45,690 nucleotides of DNA from Deltaproteobacteria bacterium (GTDB lineage Bacteria; Desulfobacterota; Dissulfuribacteria; Dissulfuribacterales; QOAL01): contig WFZZ01000012.1 in NCBI GenBank assembly GCA_015489315.1, positions 1 to 45,690 of the forward strand, in the 5' to 3' direction. Of this stretch, positions 27,895-37,792 are shown in pieces. Numbering within the stretch: the stretch's first letter is position 1; each line of letters starts with the position of its first letter. Made by a program: the position numbers and the translations under genes. A model generated the notes under the pieces. The model did no database searches. It saw only the letters and a list, made by a program, of their open reading frames with translations, and was not told the origin of the DNA.

Positions 27895-28559
27895 GAACTA
27901 GGCCAGAGCTTGTCGGGTTCAAAGTTAAAGTTTTCCTTTTTGGATTCCATCTCTTTAGAATCTTCTTTTTCATTGGATGAAATATCCTGTTCTGGGGCCT
28001 TATTCTCTTCATGCTGTTCGTTAGAAGATTGATTATCATCAGGTAAATCTTCTTGAATAGAACGAATCTCTTTGGCAGTAAGTCTTAAACTTTCATCAAA
28101 CTCTTCCGGTGGCAAGGCCATTTCCTCATCAAGAATTCTCAAAAAGCTTTCAAAGGATAAACGCATCTTATGAACTGCCTCACGCTGCATCATACGAAGA
28201 CGCCTAATCCTATCTTCTAGGGAGATAGCCTCCTTATGGGCATCTGCAACAATTCTATCTGCATCGAGTTTTGCTCTATCAATTATAACCTCTGCCTCTT
28301 TTTCTGCCTGAATCTTCATCTCTTCTGCTGCTTTATGAGCAACTGTTAATGCATTTCTAAATTCGGCTTCCTGCTTTTTTAAAAGGGCAATTTGTCGTTT
28401 ATATGCAATAAGTTTATCCTTTAGTTCATTTCTCTCCCTAATTAGGGAAGCAAGGAAGTTTGCCACTTCTTCTAAGAAAGCGGTTACTTCTTTTCTGTCA
28501 AAGCCCCTAAATCTGGTAGTAAACTTCTTCCCAACTATCTCATCGGGTGTTAATGACAT
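27891..28559 (-). CDS. DivIVA domain protein
   Basis: LTP.EI..K.F....RGFD..EV..FL N-terminus, coiled coil, acidic tail. Confidence 0.88.
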   Translation of the reverse strand: MSLTPDEIVGKKFTTRFRGFDRKEVTAFLEEVANFLASLIRERNELKDKLIAYKRQIALLKKQEAEFRNALTVAHKAAEEMKIQAEKEAEVIIDRAKLDADRIVADAHKEAISLEDRIRRLRMMQREAVHKMRLSFESFLRILDEEMALPPEEFDESLRLTAKEIRSIQEDLPDDNQSSNEQHEENKAPEQDISSNEKEDSKEMESKKENFNFEPDKLWPSS

Positions 28560-28568
28560 CCTTGCCTC

Positions 28569-28868
28569 CTAATAAAGTCTTGCAGCCAATTGATAAAGGC
28601 TTGGGACCAAAAAACTGTCAAGAAAAATCAATGCCAAAATTATGGCCATTGGACTAAAGTCAATCCCACCTACATAAAGTGGGATATATCTTCTGACTCT
28701 ATTCATTACTGGATCTGTTACATTGTAAAGAAAGCGCACAATGGGATTATACGGATCTGGGCTTACCCAGGAAATAAGGGCACGGATAATAAATACCCAC
28801 ATGTATAAATTTAGAAGTATATGGAGTATAGATGCGATAGACTTTATAAAATTTGCCAAAATGAACAT
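28569..28868 (-). CDS. YggT family membrane protein
   Basis: RA.ISWV.PDPYNPIV.FL...T.P, GIDFSP. ATG 28868 preferred over GTG 28877. Confidence 0.9.
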   Translation of the reverse strand: MFILANFIKSIASILHILLNLYMWVFIIRALISWVSPDPYNPIVRFLYNVTDPVMNRVRRYIPLYVGGIDFSPMAIILALIFLDSFLVPSLYQLAARLY

Positions 28869-28887
28869 GTGCTCCACCTCTTTTCAT

Positions 28888-29949
28888 TTATTTACCAAAC
28901 GGACAAATTGGATAGTGACATTTTTTGCAATTTAAACACAAACCACCATGGCCAAGCTCAGCAATCTCTCGCCTTCCAATCATATCTCCTGCCAAAACCC
29001 TTGGAAGTATAAGGTCTAAAACAGTGGTCTTAAAATACATGCCACATGCAGGAATTCCCAATACTGGTACCTTACCAATATAACTTACTAGAAACATTGC
29101 TCCTGGCAATACTGGACTTCCATAGACAAGTGAATGGGCTCCTGCCTCTTTTATTCCCTTTCTGGTAACATCATCTGGATCCACTGACATCCCACCTGTA
29201 CATAAAATGATCTCAGCACCCGAATCTATAGCATCCTTTATTGCTCCTGAAATCTCAAAGATGTCATCTGGAACTTTTTTAAAACTAGTAACCTCCACAC
29301 CAAAGGCTTCAAGCTTCTTCTTCATAACAGGGCCAAAGGCATCTTTGATCCTTCCTTCAAAGACCTCCCTACCTGTTACAACTATAGCTCCCTTTTTTAT
29401 TTTATAATCAATGACTTTTAAAAGCCCCCTAGCCCCTTTTAGAATTACCTTGGCCCTATCCATGATTTCTTTAGAAATCACGAGTGGAATTGCACGCCCC
29501 GCAGCCACAAGTTCTCCCTTTTTTACAGGAAAATTGTCATGCCTTGTGGAAAGCATAACGTCTCCTAAAAGATTAAGTTCTAAAAGGGCCTCTTTATCTA
29601 CTTTGAAAATTCCATTAAATGAAGCATAAAAGGACACCTTGCCCTCTGATATCTTTAAGTCTGTATAGACCCCTGACCCACAGGCATATCGTCCAAGAAT
29701 AAGAGCAGCATCGTTTTCGTGAACATGTTCAGGACCTAACTCAAGACAATAGATATGAAATTTTCCAAGATCCTTTAATCTTGAAACGTCCTCCTTTTTT
29801 ATTATGTGCCCTTTCTTAAAGGCTGGCCCCTTTTTCTTTCCAGGTACTATTTCAGTGATATCATGGGGTAGGACCATCCCTACCGCTTCTTCCACAGGAA
29901 CAAGCCTTTTTATAAATAAGACATCATGATCATCAGGAGATAGGCTCAT
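28888..29949 (-). CDS. Molybdopterin-binding (MoeA-like / MoCF_biosynth) protein
   Basis: A.G..L.HDIT, HE.DAA, TG.EV..GRI.D.F, TGGMSVDPDD.T, PVLPG.M, terminal C..C..C..P.C. Start uncertain (ORF track gives 30030). Confidence 0.8.
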   Translation of the reverse strand: MSLSPDDHDVLFIKRLVPVEEAVGMVLPHDITEIVPGKKKGPAFKKGHIIKKEDVSRLKDLGKFHIYCLELGPEHVHENDAALILGRYACGSGVYTDLKISEGKVSFYASFNGIFKVDKEALLELNLLGDVMLSTRHDNFPVKKGELVAAGRAIPLVISKEIMDRAKVILKGARGLLKVIDYKIKKGAIVVTGREVFEGRIKDAFGPVMKKKLEAFGVEVTSFKKVPDDIFEISGAIKDAIDSGAEIILCTGGMSVDPDDVTRKGIKEAGAHSLVYGSPVLPGAMFLVSYIGKVPVLGIPACGMYFKTTVLDLILPRVLAGDMIGRREIAELGHGGLCLNCKKCHYPICPFGK

Positions 29950-30523
29950 AATAACCCCCTTGGGCACAAGGCCTACAAAGTATCTTTCCGTCCTTTTCAA
30001 CATCCCTAAAATCTTGAACCCACTCACCACATATCGAACATTGGACCCTTCTTCCAGGACGCCCTGGCAAATCGGCTTTATTGACTTTCACATGTACATC
30101 TTGGATCTCAAAAAGTTCTGAATCAGGCATGACCTTGTAGGCCTCAAGCTGTCTTTTGTATTTATTTTCTATCTCAGGGAAATATCTTTTAGATAGCTCT
30201 CTTGCCTCTTCCTTTGCAACTATTCGCTTGGCCTTTCCTGTCTCAAGATCCAGAAAAGTTACTGCCATCTTTCCATAATCTACCCACCTTAAGGACCTCT
30301 TCCCAAGGCTACAACCGGTAACTGATTGAATTGCATCAGTTGCACACCGATCTATTTCCACAAATACTATGAGCCGTTTTCTATCCTTTCCCTTTGGATC
30401 TTCAATACCAAGCTCTTTTAGACCAAGCATGGCAAGACGCACTCCAAGGACCTGCCCAGGGCAAAGGTGCCCATGAAGTCTTACTGATTCTTCCAATAAT
30501 TGCTCAAATGTTTTATTACTCAT
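29933..30523 (-). CDS. FmdE family protein with C-terminal C4 zinc finger
   Basis: HGHLCPG..LG, E...C..DAIQ..TGC.LG, C..CGE...C..C. Confidence 0.9.
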   Translation of the reverse strand: MSNKTFEQLLEESVRLHGHLCPGQVLGVRLAMLGLKELGIEDPKGKDRKRLIVFVEIDRCATDAIQSVTGCSLGKRSLRWVDYGKMAVTFLDLETGKAKRIVAKEEARELSKRYFPEIENKYKRQLEAYKVMPDSELFEIQDVHVKVNKADLPGRPGRRVQCSICGEWVQDFRDVEKDGKILCRPCAQGGYYEPIS

Positions 30524-30549
30524 ACATATCCTTTCGTAGAGGTGAAAAA

Positions 30550-31419
30550 GTGAAAGATATCAACCCCAGTTCTCCAGAGTTTTGGGAATCCCTGGCCATA
30601 CCAGAAAAAAAAGACCAAATTAACAAAAGATGTCTTGAGGCTAAAACTTGGGACAAAGCTGCTGCCACTTATGATGACCTTGAAAAGTGCAAAGATTATC
30701 AAAATCAAATAAATTCGATATTAAACATCTTGCAACAAAAAGGCGCTTTAGACAAGAAAAATATTGTGATGGATGTAGCCTGTGGCACTGGAACCTATGC
30801 AATAAGATTTGCACCCTTTTGTAAATCAGTCACATGTCTGGACATATCAACGGGCATGTTGAAAAAGTTAGAGGAAAAGAAGAAACATTATAGCCTGTCA
30901 AACATTGAAATTGTACGGAAAAGCTGGGAAGACTTTAAGAGGGATATTTCCTTTGATTTGGTCTTTTGTTCCATGACTCCACTTTTAAGGGACATAAAAA
31001 ATCTAAAAAAGATTCTTAACTATTCAAAAAGATTTATAGGCATAGTGACCTGGGCCGGAATAAGAAAAAATCGGCTTTTAAGCCTAATTTCAAGGGAGAT
31101 TTTGGGAGAGGAGATACACCAAAAGGGTCAAGACATTACTATTATTTTTAATTACCTTTATAGCCTTGGATATGCACCACATCTCACCTTTTTTACAGGA
31201 TGTTGGGAAAGAACAAAACCCATAAAAGATCAGATTGAAAGGATGATCTGGCGCCTTGAACTAAAAAGGCCTTTGAAAAGAAATGAAAAGGATGAAGTGA
31301 AAAGGATTTTGGAAAAATTTGCAGATAAAAATGGGCTTGTCAAAAGCGTTACCACAGTCCGCACTGCCTTTATGTTCATTGATAAAAAAGAGGCAAAGGG
31401 GGCCTTCTCATGTGATTAA
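30550..31419 (+). CDS. Class I SAM-dependent methyltransferase
   Basis: WD..A..Y, DVACGTG, LDIS..ML, FDLV. GTG 30550 follows a GAGGTG RBS; the ORF-track start 30394 lies inside fmdE. Confidence 0.8.
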   Translation: MKDINPSSPEFWESLAIPEKKDQINKRCLEAKTWDKAAATYDDLEKCKDYQNQINSILNILQQKGALDKKNIVMDVACGTGTYAIRFAPFCKSVTCLDISTGMLKKLEEKKKHYSLSNIEIVRKSWEDFKRDISFDLVFCSMTPLLRDIKNLKKILNYSKRFIGIVTWAGIRKNRLLSLISREILGEEIHQKGQDITIIFNYLYSLGYAPHLTFFTGCWERTKPIKDQIERMIWRLELKRPLKRNEKDEVKRILEKFADKNGLVKSVTTVRTAFMFIDKKEAKGAFSCD

Positions 31420-33998
31420 TTTTGGTTGGAAAACACACTTATTAGGATAGAACTCAATTCTTCCAGCTTGTATGGCTTTGGAAGGGCTGCACAAAAGCCA
31501 AACTCTTGAAAATTTTTTATGACTTCATCCTTTGAGTAGCCTGTAGAAACTATAACCTTGGCATTTGGATCTTCTTTTAAAATGAACTTAACCGCTTCTT
31601 TTCCACCCATTCCGCCAGGAACAGTTATATCCATAATCACAGCATCAAAGGGTTTACCTTTTTCCCTTGCATCCTTGTATTTTTTAAGGGCCTCTTTTCC
31701 ATCCTTGGCAACATCTGCTTCATAACCTAAATAGATCAGACTTTCCCTTAAAAGCTCTCTGATATTTTCCTCATCATCCATTACAAGCACCCTTTTGCCC
31801 TTGGTAGAACTAGATATCTTTGCCTCCTTTGTTTCAGTTTTTTCAATATCTTCTCCTAGGGCCGGCAGATAAATGGTAAACTTTGTACCATAATTCTTTT
31901 TCGATTCGACATCGATAAAACCGCCATGTTTTCTTACAATTGAGAAACAAACGGCAAGACCAAGACCTGAGCCCATCTTTTTAGTTGTGAAAAAAGGATC
32001 AAAAATCCTTGGAAGGTCTTCAGGCGAAATCCCTGAGCCTTTATCTTCGATGGTTATCACAACATAATTTCCTTCTGGCAGAAATTGGTGAACTCCTTGT
32101 TCAAGTGGGAGGTTATATGCCTTTATTGTAATAATCCCCCCGTCAGGCATAGCCTGGTCAGCATTTATGACCATATTTTGGATAACCTGGCTTATCTGTC
32201 CAGGGTCAACTTTTACTGACCAAAGATCTTTTGCAAAATCAAACTTGCAAGCTACATTTGAGCCCTTTAGCGAAAATTCAGCAGTCTCAAGAATTATCTT
32301 TTTAAGTGAAATTACCTTCTTTATTGGTGCACCACCCTTTGCAAAGGTAAGAAGCTGCTGGGTTAGGGCTTGGGCCCTATATGCAGCCTTTTCGGCCGCA
32401 TCCAGTCGTTTAAAAAGATCAAGATCATCCTGTGCCTTAAGTTTTGAAAGAGAGATATTACCCAAGATGGCAGTCAATAAGTTATTGAAATCATGAGCAA
32501 TACCACCTGCAAGAACTCCCAGAGATTTAAGCTTTTCCACCTTTGAAAGTTCAAGGGTGGCAAGTTTCTGATCCGTTACATCCAAATTACTACCTCTTAC
32601 ACCTAGGAAGTTTCCATCTCCATCATAAACCTTTGAGCAACTGTGACTCACCCATCTTACTTCACCATCCTTTCTGACAATTCTAAACTCCATATTTTCA
32701 TGGGGTTCATGAGTTCTCTGGATTTTCATATTATCGAGGTGTTTTTTGAATAACTCTTTGTCATCAGGGTGAACAATATCCAACAAAAGGGCTGGTTTTT
32801 TCTTGAATTCTTCTTGGGTATATCCAGTTATTTCGTAACAACGATGTGAGTTATATTTAAACTGTCCATTTTCATCTATCCAATATGCCCAGTCGGTGGC
32901 ATATTCAATTACTGTTCTTAATATCTCTTCCTTCTTGAGCAAATCTTCCTGGCCTTTGTATATGGCGTTTAACATTCTATCTATGCTTGTACTGATATTT
33001 CGCATCTCAAGGGAATCACTTAATTCCTTTATGTTAAGAAGACTCGATTTTTGTAATCCATTAAGATCTAGGGATGAGAGCACCTCTGAAAGACGATCAA
33101 TGGGCCTTGTAATGAGTTTATCAAATATTTTATCTGCCAGGAAAAGAGTAAAGACAAAAATCGCAAATATCACTCCCAAGACTGGCCAAAGGTTTTTCCA
33201 GATATAGATGAGGGCATTTTTCCACGGAGTAATTGCATAAAACTCCCAGCCCTTGGGAACATCTAGAAGGCGTCTAAAACACCAATATCTATCACCAGCC
33301 ATCTTTAGCATATACAGTCCATACTGGTCAGGACCATTAATAGATTCAAAGGTGCTTCTTAAATTTTCGCGCCTCTCTACAAGCTCCTTTTGGGGATGAT
33401 AGACAACAGTTCCGTGATTAGAAAGGATAAACACCATAGAGCCCTTAATTGACGGACTTGTCACCTTTGAAAGTAAATGTCTTAAGGGCTCAAGGTCTCT
33501 TTCAAAAATAAGGCTATAACCTCCTGGAACTTCATATAGAAATGTAACAACAGGTGATTTTACGAAAATTGATTGATGAACCCTTGATATCCTTTTGTGC
33601 CTTTTAATATATTCAAATCCAGAAAGATCGAGGTCTAGATAGTCTCTAAATCTCTTGTCTCCAACCAGGATTATTCTGTTCTCTTTTGATAAGAGTGCGT
33701 ATTTTTTGTTGCTTGTTATCTTTGGCAGTTGCTTTTTTAGATATTCCTTGAGCACCTCTAATTCTCCAGCTGGTGCAACTTTTAACAAGTATTTAATTAA
33801 AAGGTCGTCGCGATATAGATAATTTTCTATAAGATTTGTGCATGAATTGAAAAGACGCTCCATCTCTAAGCTTGTTTGTCTTTTTAGAATATGGATGGCA
33901 AAATAGGACGTTACTAAAAATAAAATTGCCAGAGATGCAATTCCAAGTAGCCAAATAATAAGTTTTATTTTTTTTATAATGGAAGGAGGTTGCGACAT
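31416..33998 (-). CDS. Hybrid sensor kinase (Cache-like, HAMP-like, PAS, HisKA, HATPase, REC)
   Basis: G..VYHP Cache-like motif, VHPDD / RKDG..RW PAS, LAGGIAHDFNN, GSGLGL, receiver MDD..MD.T.P..KP. Confidence 0.92.
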   Translation of the reverse strand: MSQPPSIIKKIKLIIWLLGIASLAILFLVTSYFAIHILKRQTSLEMERLFNSCTNLIENYLYRDDLLIKYLLKVAPAGELEVLKEYLKKQLPKITSNKKYALLSKENRIILVGDKRFRDYLDLDLSGFEYIKRHKRISRVHQSIFVKSPVVTFLYEVPGGYSLIFERDLEPLRHLLSKVTSPSIKGSMVFILSNHGTVVYHPQKELVERRENLRSTFESINGPDQYGLYMLKMAGDRYWCFRRLLDVPKGWEFYAITPWKNALIYIWKNLWPVLGVIFAIFVFTLFLADKIFDKLITRPIDRLSEVLSSLDLNGLQKSSLLNIKELSDSLEMRNISTSIDRMLNAIYKGQEDLLKKEEILRTVIEYATDWAYWIDENGQFKYNSHRCYEITGYTQEEFKKKPALLLDIVHPDDKELFKKHLDNMKIQRTHEPHENMEFRIVRKDGEVRWVSHSCSKVYDGDGNFLGVRGSNLDVTDQKLATLELSKVEKLKSLGVLAGGIAHDFNNLLTAILGNISLSKLKAQDDLDLFKRLDAAEKAAYRAQALTQQLLTFAKGGAPIKKVISLKKIILETAEFSLKGSNVACKFDFAKDLWSVKVDPGQISQVIQNMVINADQAMPDGGIITIKAYNLPLEQGVHQFLPEGNYVVITIEDKGSGISPEDLPRIFDPFFTTKKMGSGLGLAVCFSIVRKHGGFIDVESKKNYGTKFTIYLPALGEDIEKTETKEAKISSSTKGKRVLVMDDEENIRELLRESLIYLGYEADVAKDGKEALKKYKDAREKGKPFDAVIMDITVPGGMGGKEAVKFILKEDPNAKVIVSTGYSKDEVIKNFQEFGFCAALPKPYKLEELSSILISVFSNQN

Positions 33999-34004
33999 AA
34001 GATT

Positions 34005-35135
34005 TTAAAAAATCCTTCTGACTAGTACAAACTTTCTATTTTGTGCCTTTATTAGGTAAATTGGCCTTATGACATCTCCAAATCTATTAAACTTTACCTC
34101 TCCTAACAAAAAATTAAATCGTTGCCTTAAAAGTTCTTTTTTTAGGCAATAGACATCTGTGGGATCGGAGCAAGATTTCATTACTTGAGAAATTATCTTA
34201 ACAGCCTCAAAGGCCCTAGCAGATTTGGGTGTGGGTTCCCTTCCGAATTTAGCCCTTAAACTTCTTGAAAAAGCCTCAAAAAGCTTATCCTTATAAAAAG
34301 GCTTTAGAAACGTTACAATCTCTAGACCATCTACAGCTCTACTTCCATATTCAAAAAGTCTAGGACCTTGGGACCAAAGCGTTGCAAAAAAACGGCCATT
34401 GTAACCCTTTTGCCTCAACTTTTGGGCAAAAATCCCTGTGGCCTTTACCTCTGTTAAAAAAACAACTGCTTGTGGACCATAGGCCAATACCTCTTCGACC
34501 TTTTGAGTATAATCAACACCTTCTTTGGTATTTATCTGAACCTCAAAATATTTACCCTTGAAATTTCTTTTGATCTCCTTTTCAAGGTCTTTACAAAAAC
34601 TAGAATTTGACATGTCCATAATAAAAAGAAGGCTCTTCAGTCCATCTTCCTCAAAAAGTTTTCCAAAGGCCTTTCCATACAATACGTTATCAACTGATGT
34701 CCTGAAAAAAAGATCATCTTTTTTTGACAGCTTTGTGGTGGCTGTATAAGCAGTAAAAAGTATTCGTTTTTTTTCCATAACCAATGGGTAGGCAATTAGG
34801 GTATTTTGTGAATAGGTATGTCCTATGATAACAGGGCACCCCTTGGAAATTAACCTTTCATCAGCCTCAAGTATCCCTTCCTTAGTGTTCTTATCATCTT
34901 CTACCAAAAGCTCTAAAGGCCTTCCATTTATTCCACCTGCCTCATTGATTTCATTTACCCCAAGCCTTGCTCCAGCCTCTATATCTTCAGCAGGAGTTCC
35001 GCTGTAACCGCTTAAATTGATTGACAGACCTAATGGGATTGGAGATCTATGGCCACATCCAATAAATGAGGATAAAATTAAAAAAGCTCCTATAAAAAAG
35101 AGCCATATGGTGGATCTTAACAATTTCTTGTGCAT
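34005..35135 (-). CDS. LivJ/K-type periplasmic binding lipoprotein
   Basis: Lipobox FIGC, EIN.AGGINGRPLEL..ED, G.VKF...GD..R; 6 nt upstream of the kinase gene. Confidence 0.85.
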   Translation of the reverse strand: MHKKLLRSTIWLFFIGAFLILSSFIGCGHRSPIPLGLSINLSGYSGTPAEDIEAGARLGVNEINEAGGINGRPLELLVEDDKNTKEGILEADERLISKGCPVIIGHTYSQNTLIAYPLVMEKKRILFTAYTATTKLSKKDDLFFRTSVDNVLYGKAFGKLFEEDGLKSLLFIMDMSNSSFCKDLEKEIKRNFKGKYFEVQINTKEGVDYTQKVEEVLAYGPQAVVFLTEVKATGIFAQKLRQKGYNGRFFATLWSQGPRLFEYGSRAVDGLEIVTFLKPFYKDKLFEAFSRSLRAKFGREPTPKSARAFEAVKIISQVMKSCSDPTDVYCLKKELLRQRFNFLLGEVKFNRFGDVIRPIYLIKAQNRKFVLVRRIF

Positions 35136-35178
35136 ATTTTCTCCTTTTTAAAAGTTATCGGACTTGCCTTTTATTTTT

Positions 35179-36189
35179 TTAACTTTCGTTAAGCATTGAT
35201 ATCCATTCCCGTCCAGGAAATCCTAGAGAAAAGGTGGCAATATCAATTGCCTCCTTAAGACAGCCTTTTGCATCCTTCCCATTCAAAAGCCCGTTTATAA
35301 AGCCGGCATCAAAGGCATCTCCTGCCCCGGTGTTATCAACAACTTTCTTGACCTCTTTTGCTGGAGAAAAAATTTCCCCTTTTTGGCTAAGTATCTTTGC
35401 CCCCTTTCTTCCCATCTTTTCTATAATAACTGGTAAAGAAAGATCGTTAAAAAGAGCAAATCTATTAAAGGCCTTTTCTGACAACCCTGTTGATACCAGA
35501 TTTTTATCAAAAATATTTTCTTCACCAAAAAACTCTTTCATTTCAAAGTCTGTCAAAAACAAAAGGGCTGTTTTTTCAAAAAGCCTTCTTATCCTTGAAA
35601 TACCCATTTTGGCATAGACCTCACCTGGATCAAAGCTGGTAATGGCCTTTTCTGGAAGTATATCTAAAAGAAGAGATTGAATTTGAGGTCCTTCATTAAA
35701 AGCAAGGGATGAAAAATGAAAAAGATCGCATTCATTAAAGACTTCATGGAGAAGCCCTTTTTCAGGCAAATAAAAATCTCCAGGTATTACTACCATTGCT
35801 CTATCCCTGGTCTTTTCGTCTATTACAATGAGGCATATGGAGCTTCTTCCTCTTTTAACAATAAGTTCCTTGGAAACACCTTTCATCGATTCAAGTAAAA
35901 ATTCCCCTTCTTCATCTTCTCCAATACTTCCGACAAAAAAACACTCGTGCCCCAGAGCAGCCAGGGCACAAATGGTATTTGCAGCCGAACCTCCTCCGCT
36001 TTTTGAAAGCAATCTGCCCCTTTCCTTCAATATTTCAAAAATGCCTCTGGACTCTTTGTGGCTCATGACCATTTCTCTGCCAGGGCTTAAACCTATTTTA
36101 AAAAGCCCAGTAGATTCTAAGTCCTCAACTTGATAAATAATATCAAAGTTCATGGCACCGTTTCCTACAATTAACATCAGGTCCTCCAA
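35179..36189 (-). CDS. PfkB family carbohydrate/nucleoside kinase
   Basis: GGSAAN...ALA.LG, G.D..G, FDP, VDNTGAGDAF..GF. Confidence 0.88.
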   Translation of the reverse strand: MEDLMLIVGNGAMNFDIIYQVEDLESTGLFKIGLSPGREMVMSHKESRGIFEILKERGRLLSKSGGGSAANTICALAALGHECFFVGSIGEDEEGEFLLESMKGVSKELIVKRGRSSICLIVIDEKTRDRAMVVIPGDFYLPEKGLLHEVFNECDLFHFSSLAFNEGPQIQSLLLDILPEKAITSFDPGEVYAKMGISRIRRLFEKTALLFLTDFEMKEFFGEENIFDKNLVSTGLSEKAFNRFALFNDLSLPVIIEKMGRKGAKILSQKGEIFSPAKEVKKVVDNTGAGDAFDAGFINGLLNGKDAKGCLKEAIDIATFSLGFPGREWISMLNES

Positions 36190-36368
36190 GTTATTTTTAA
36201 AACTAAAATATTTAATGCGTATGCTTGGGACAGGAATAGTTTAAAAAAAAATTTTTTCAATAGTTTTCAACAAGCTTTTTCAGCAAAAATCTTGAAAAAA
36301 CACCAAATTAGCCATTTTTAACCCAAAAAATTCACCTTTTACCCAATTTTATTGACAAAAATTGTCCC

Positions 36369-36398
36369 TTGACAGAAATATCTTATTCCCAATATAGT
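36369..36398 (+). promoter_or_regulatory. Putative sigma70 promoter of the dcw operon
   Basis: TTGACA 36369-36374, 18-nt spacer, TATAGT 36393-36398. A second TTGACA lies at 36352. Confidence 0.6.
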
Positions 36399-36431
36399 GG
36401 GATGAAGTGGTATAAAGTGGGGAAAAGGGGG
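36396..36431 (+). promoter_or_regulatory. MraZ-binding direct repeats
   Basis: AGTGG at 36396, 36406, 36416 and AGGGG at 36426 (10-bp period) directly before mraZ; matches known GTGG(G) MraZ boxes. Confidence 0.8.
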
Positions 36432-36437
36432 GAATGA

Positions 36438-36890
36438 ATGTTTCGTGGCAAATCGACCCATAATCTTGACGCCAAGGGTCGATTAAGCATTCCTGCCCGT
36501 TTTAAAGATGTCTTAAAGACTAGATATGATAACAAGCTCATTGTTACCAATCTTCCTACTTATTTGGCTGCATATCCTATTGAAGAATGGAAACAGATTG
36601 AAGAACAATTTGCAAAGTTTAGATTTGGCCCCCCTAAAGTCTTGGCCTTTAAAAGGTATCTTTTGGGAGCAGCAGTCGAGTGCTCTCTTGATGGACAAGG
36701 CAGGATTCTGATTCCTGCTGATTTGAGGCAAGAAGCTCAAATAAAAAAAGAGGTCGTCTTGGTGGGTATGCATAACTATTTTGAAATCTGGAGTAAGGAC
36801 CTATTAGATCAAGAAACAAACGATACAAGGGAAAACTTCGATGCCATTAGCAATGATATTATCAAAGAATACGGCATTGGACTCTACTAA
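36438..36890 (+). CDS. mraZ: Division/cell-wall cluster transcriptional regulator
   Basis: MFRG...H.LD.KGRL.IPARF, D.QGRILIP, EIW. Confidence 0.96.
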   Translation: MFRGKSTHNLDAKGRLSIPARFKDVLKTRYDNKLIVTNLPTYLAAYPIEEWKQIEEQFAKFRFGPPKVLAFKRYLLGAAVECSLDGQGRILIPADLRQEAQIKKEVVLVGMHNYFEIWSKDLLDQETNDTRENFDAISNDIIKEYGIGLY

Positions 36891-37776
36891 CCCCAAGGAG
36901 ATTCACCTACCTGTCCTTTTAAATGAGGTCTTAGAGTTTCTTAAACTTAGGGAAGGTGGTGTATATCTTGATGCAACCCTTGGACTTGGTGGGCACAGTG
37001 AAGCCATTATAAAAAAATGCCCGAACATTTCTCTTTTGATTGGCCTTGACTGGGATGAAGAGGCCCTAGAGCTTGCAGCCAAAAGGCTAAAACCCCTTTC
37101 CCCAAAAGCCCACCTTTACAGAACTAATTTCAAGGACATGGACCTTGTTTTGGAAGAAGAAGGACTAAAGGGTGTAGATGGAATCCTCATGGATCTTGGC
37201 CTTTCTTCTTATCAACTAGACCTTAGTGGTAGAGGCTTTAGCTTTATGAGGGATGAACCACTAGATATGAGAATGGATAGAACTGAAACAGTCCTTGCTT
37301 CAGACATGATAAACAATCTTCCAGAAGAACGTTTAGCAGAACTCATCCATATCTACGGAGAAGAACCTTGGTCAAAAAGGATTGCTAGAGCCATAGTTAA
37401 ATGTAGGACTGAAAAGCCAATCTTATCCACCCTTGAGCTGGCTAACATTATCAAAAAGGCAATTCCAAGACGTTTTCATCCTAAAAAAATACATCCAGCC
37501 ACAAGGACATTTCAGGCCATCAGGATTGCCATAAACAGGGAATTTGAAAATCTTACCACTGCCTTAAAAAAGGCAAAAAAATGCCTTAATCCAGGAGGAA
37601 GGTTATTGGTAATATCCTTTCATTCTCTTGAAGATAGAATCGTCAAACATTTCTTTCAGAATTCAGAAAATATAAACATTATTACCAAAAAGCCATTAAG
37701 GCCTAAGAAAGAAGAAATAAATAAAAACCCTAGGGCAAGAAGTGCCAAACTAAGGGTTGCAGAAAAGGCTTTTTAA
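36877..37776 (+). CDS. rsmH: 16S rRNA m4C1402 methyltransferase
   Basis: H.PVLL.E, DATLG.GGH, DLG.SS.QLD, PLDMRM, HPATRTFQA, SFHSLEDR, NPRARSAKLR. Start TTG 36877 or ATG 36841. Confidence 0.95.
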   Translation: MDSTNPKEIHLPVLLNEVLEFLKLREGGVYLDATLGLGGHSEAIIKKCPNISLLIGLDWDEEALELAAKRLKPLSPKAHLYRTNFKDMDLVLEEEGLKGVDGILMDLGLSSYQLDLSGRGFSFMRDEPLDMRMDRTETVLASDMINNLPEERLAELIHIYGEEPWSKRIARAIVKCRTEKPILSTLELANIIKKAIPRRFHPKKIHPATRTFQAIRIAINREFENLTTALKKAKKCLNPGGRLLVISFHSLEDRIVKHFFQNSENINIITKKPLRPKKEEINKNPRARSAKLRVAEKAF

Positions 37777-37792
37777 AAAGTGGAGGTGGGCC

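Noticed and set aside
30394-30549. N-terminal extension of the methyltransferase ORF
   Set aside because: Overlaps fmdE on the opposite strand; GTG 30550 has a good RBS.
36396-36431. 10-bp periodic repeats as a CRISPR or novel repeat
   Set aside because: They match known MraZ operator boxes. No CRISPR array, tRNA or rRNA was recognised anywhere in the window.
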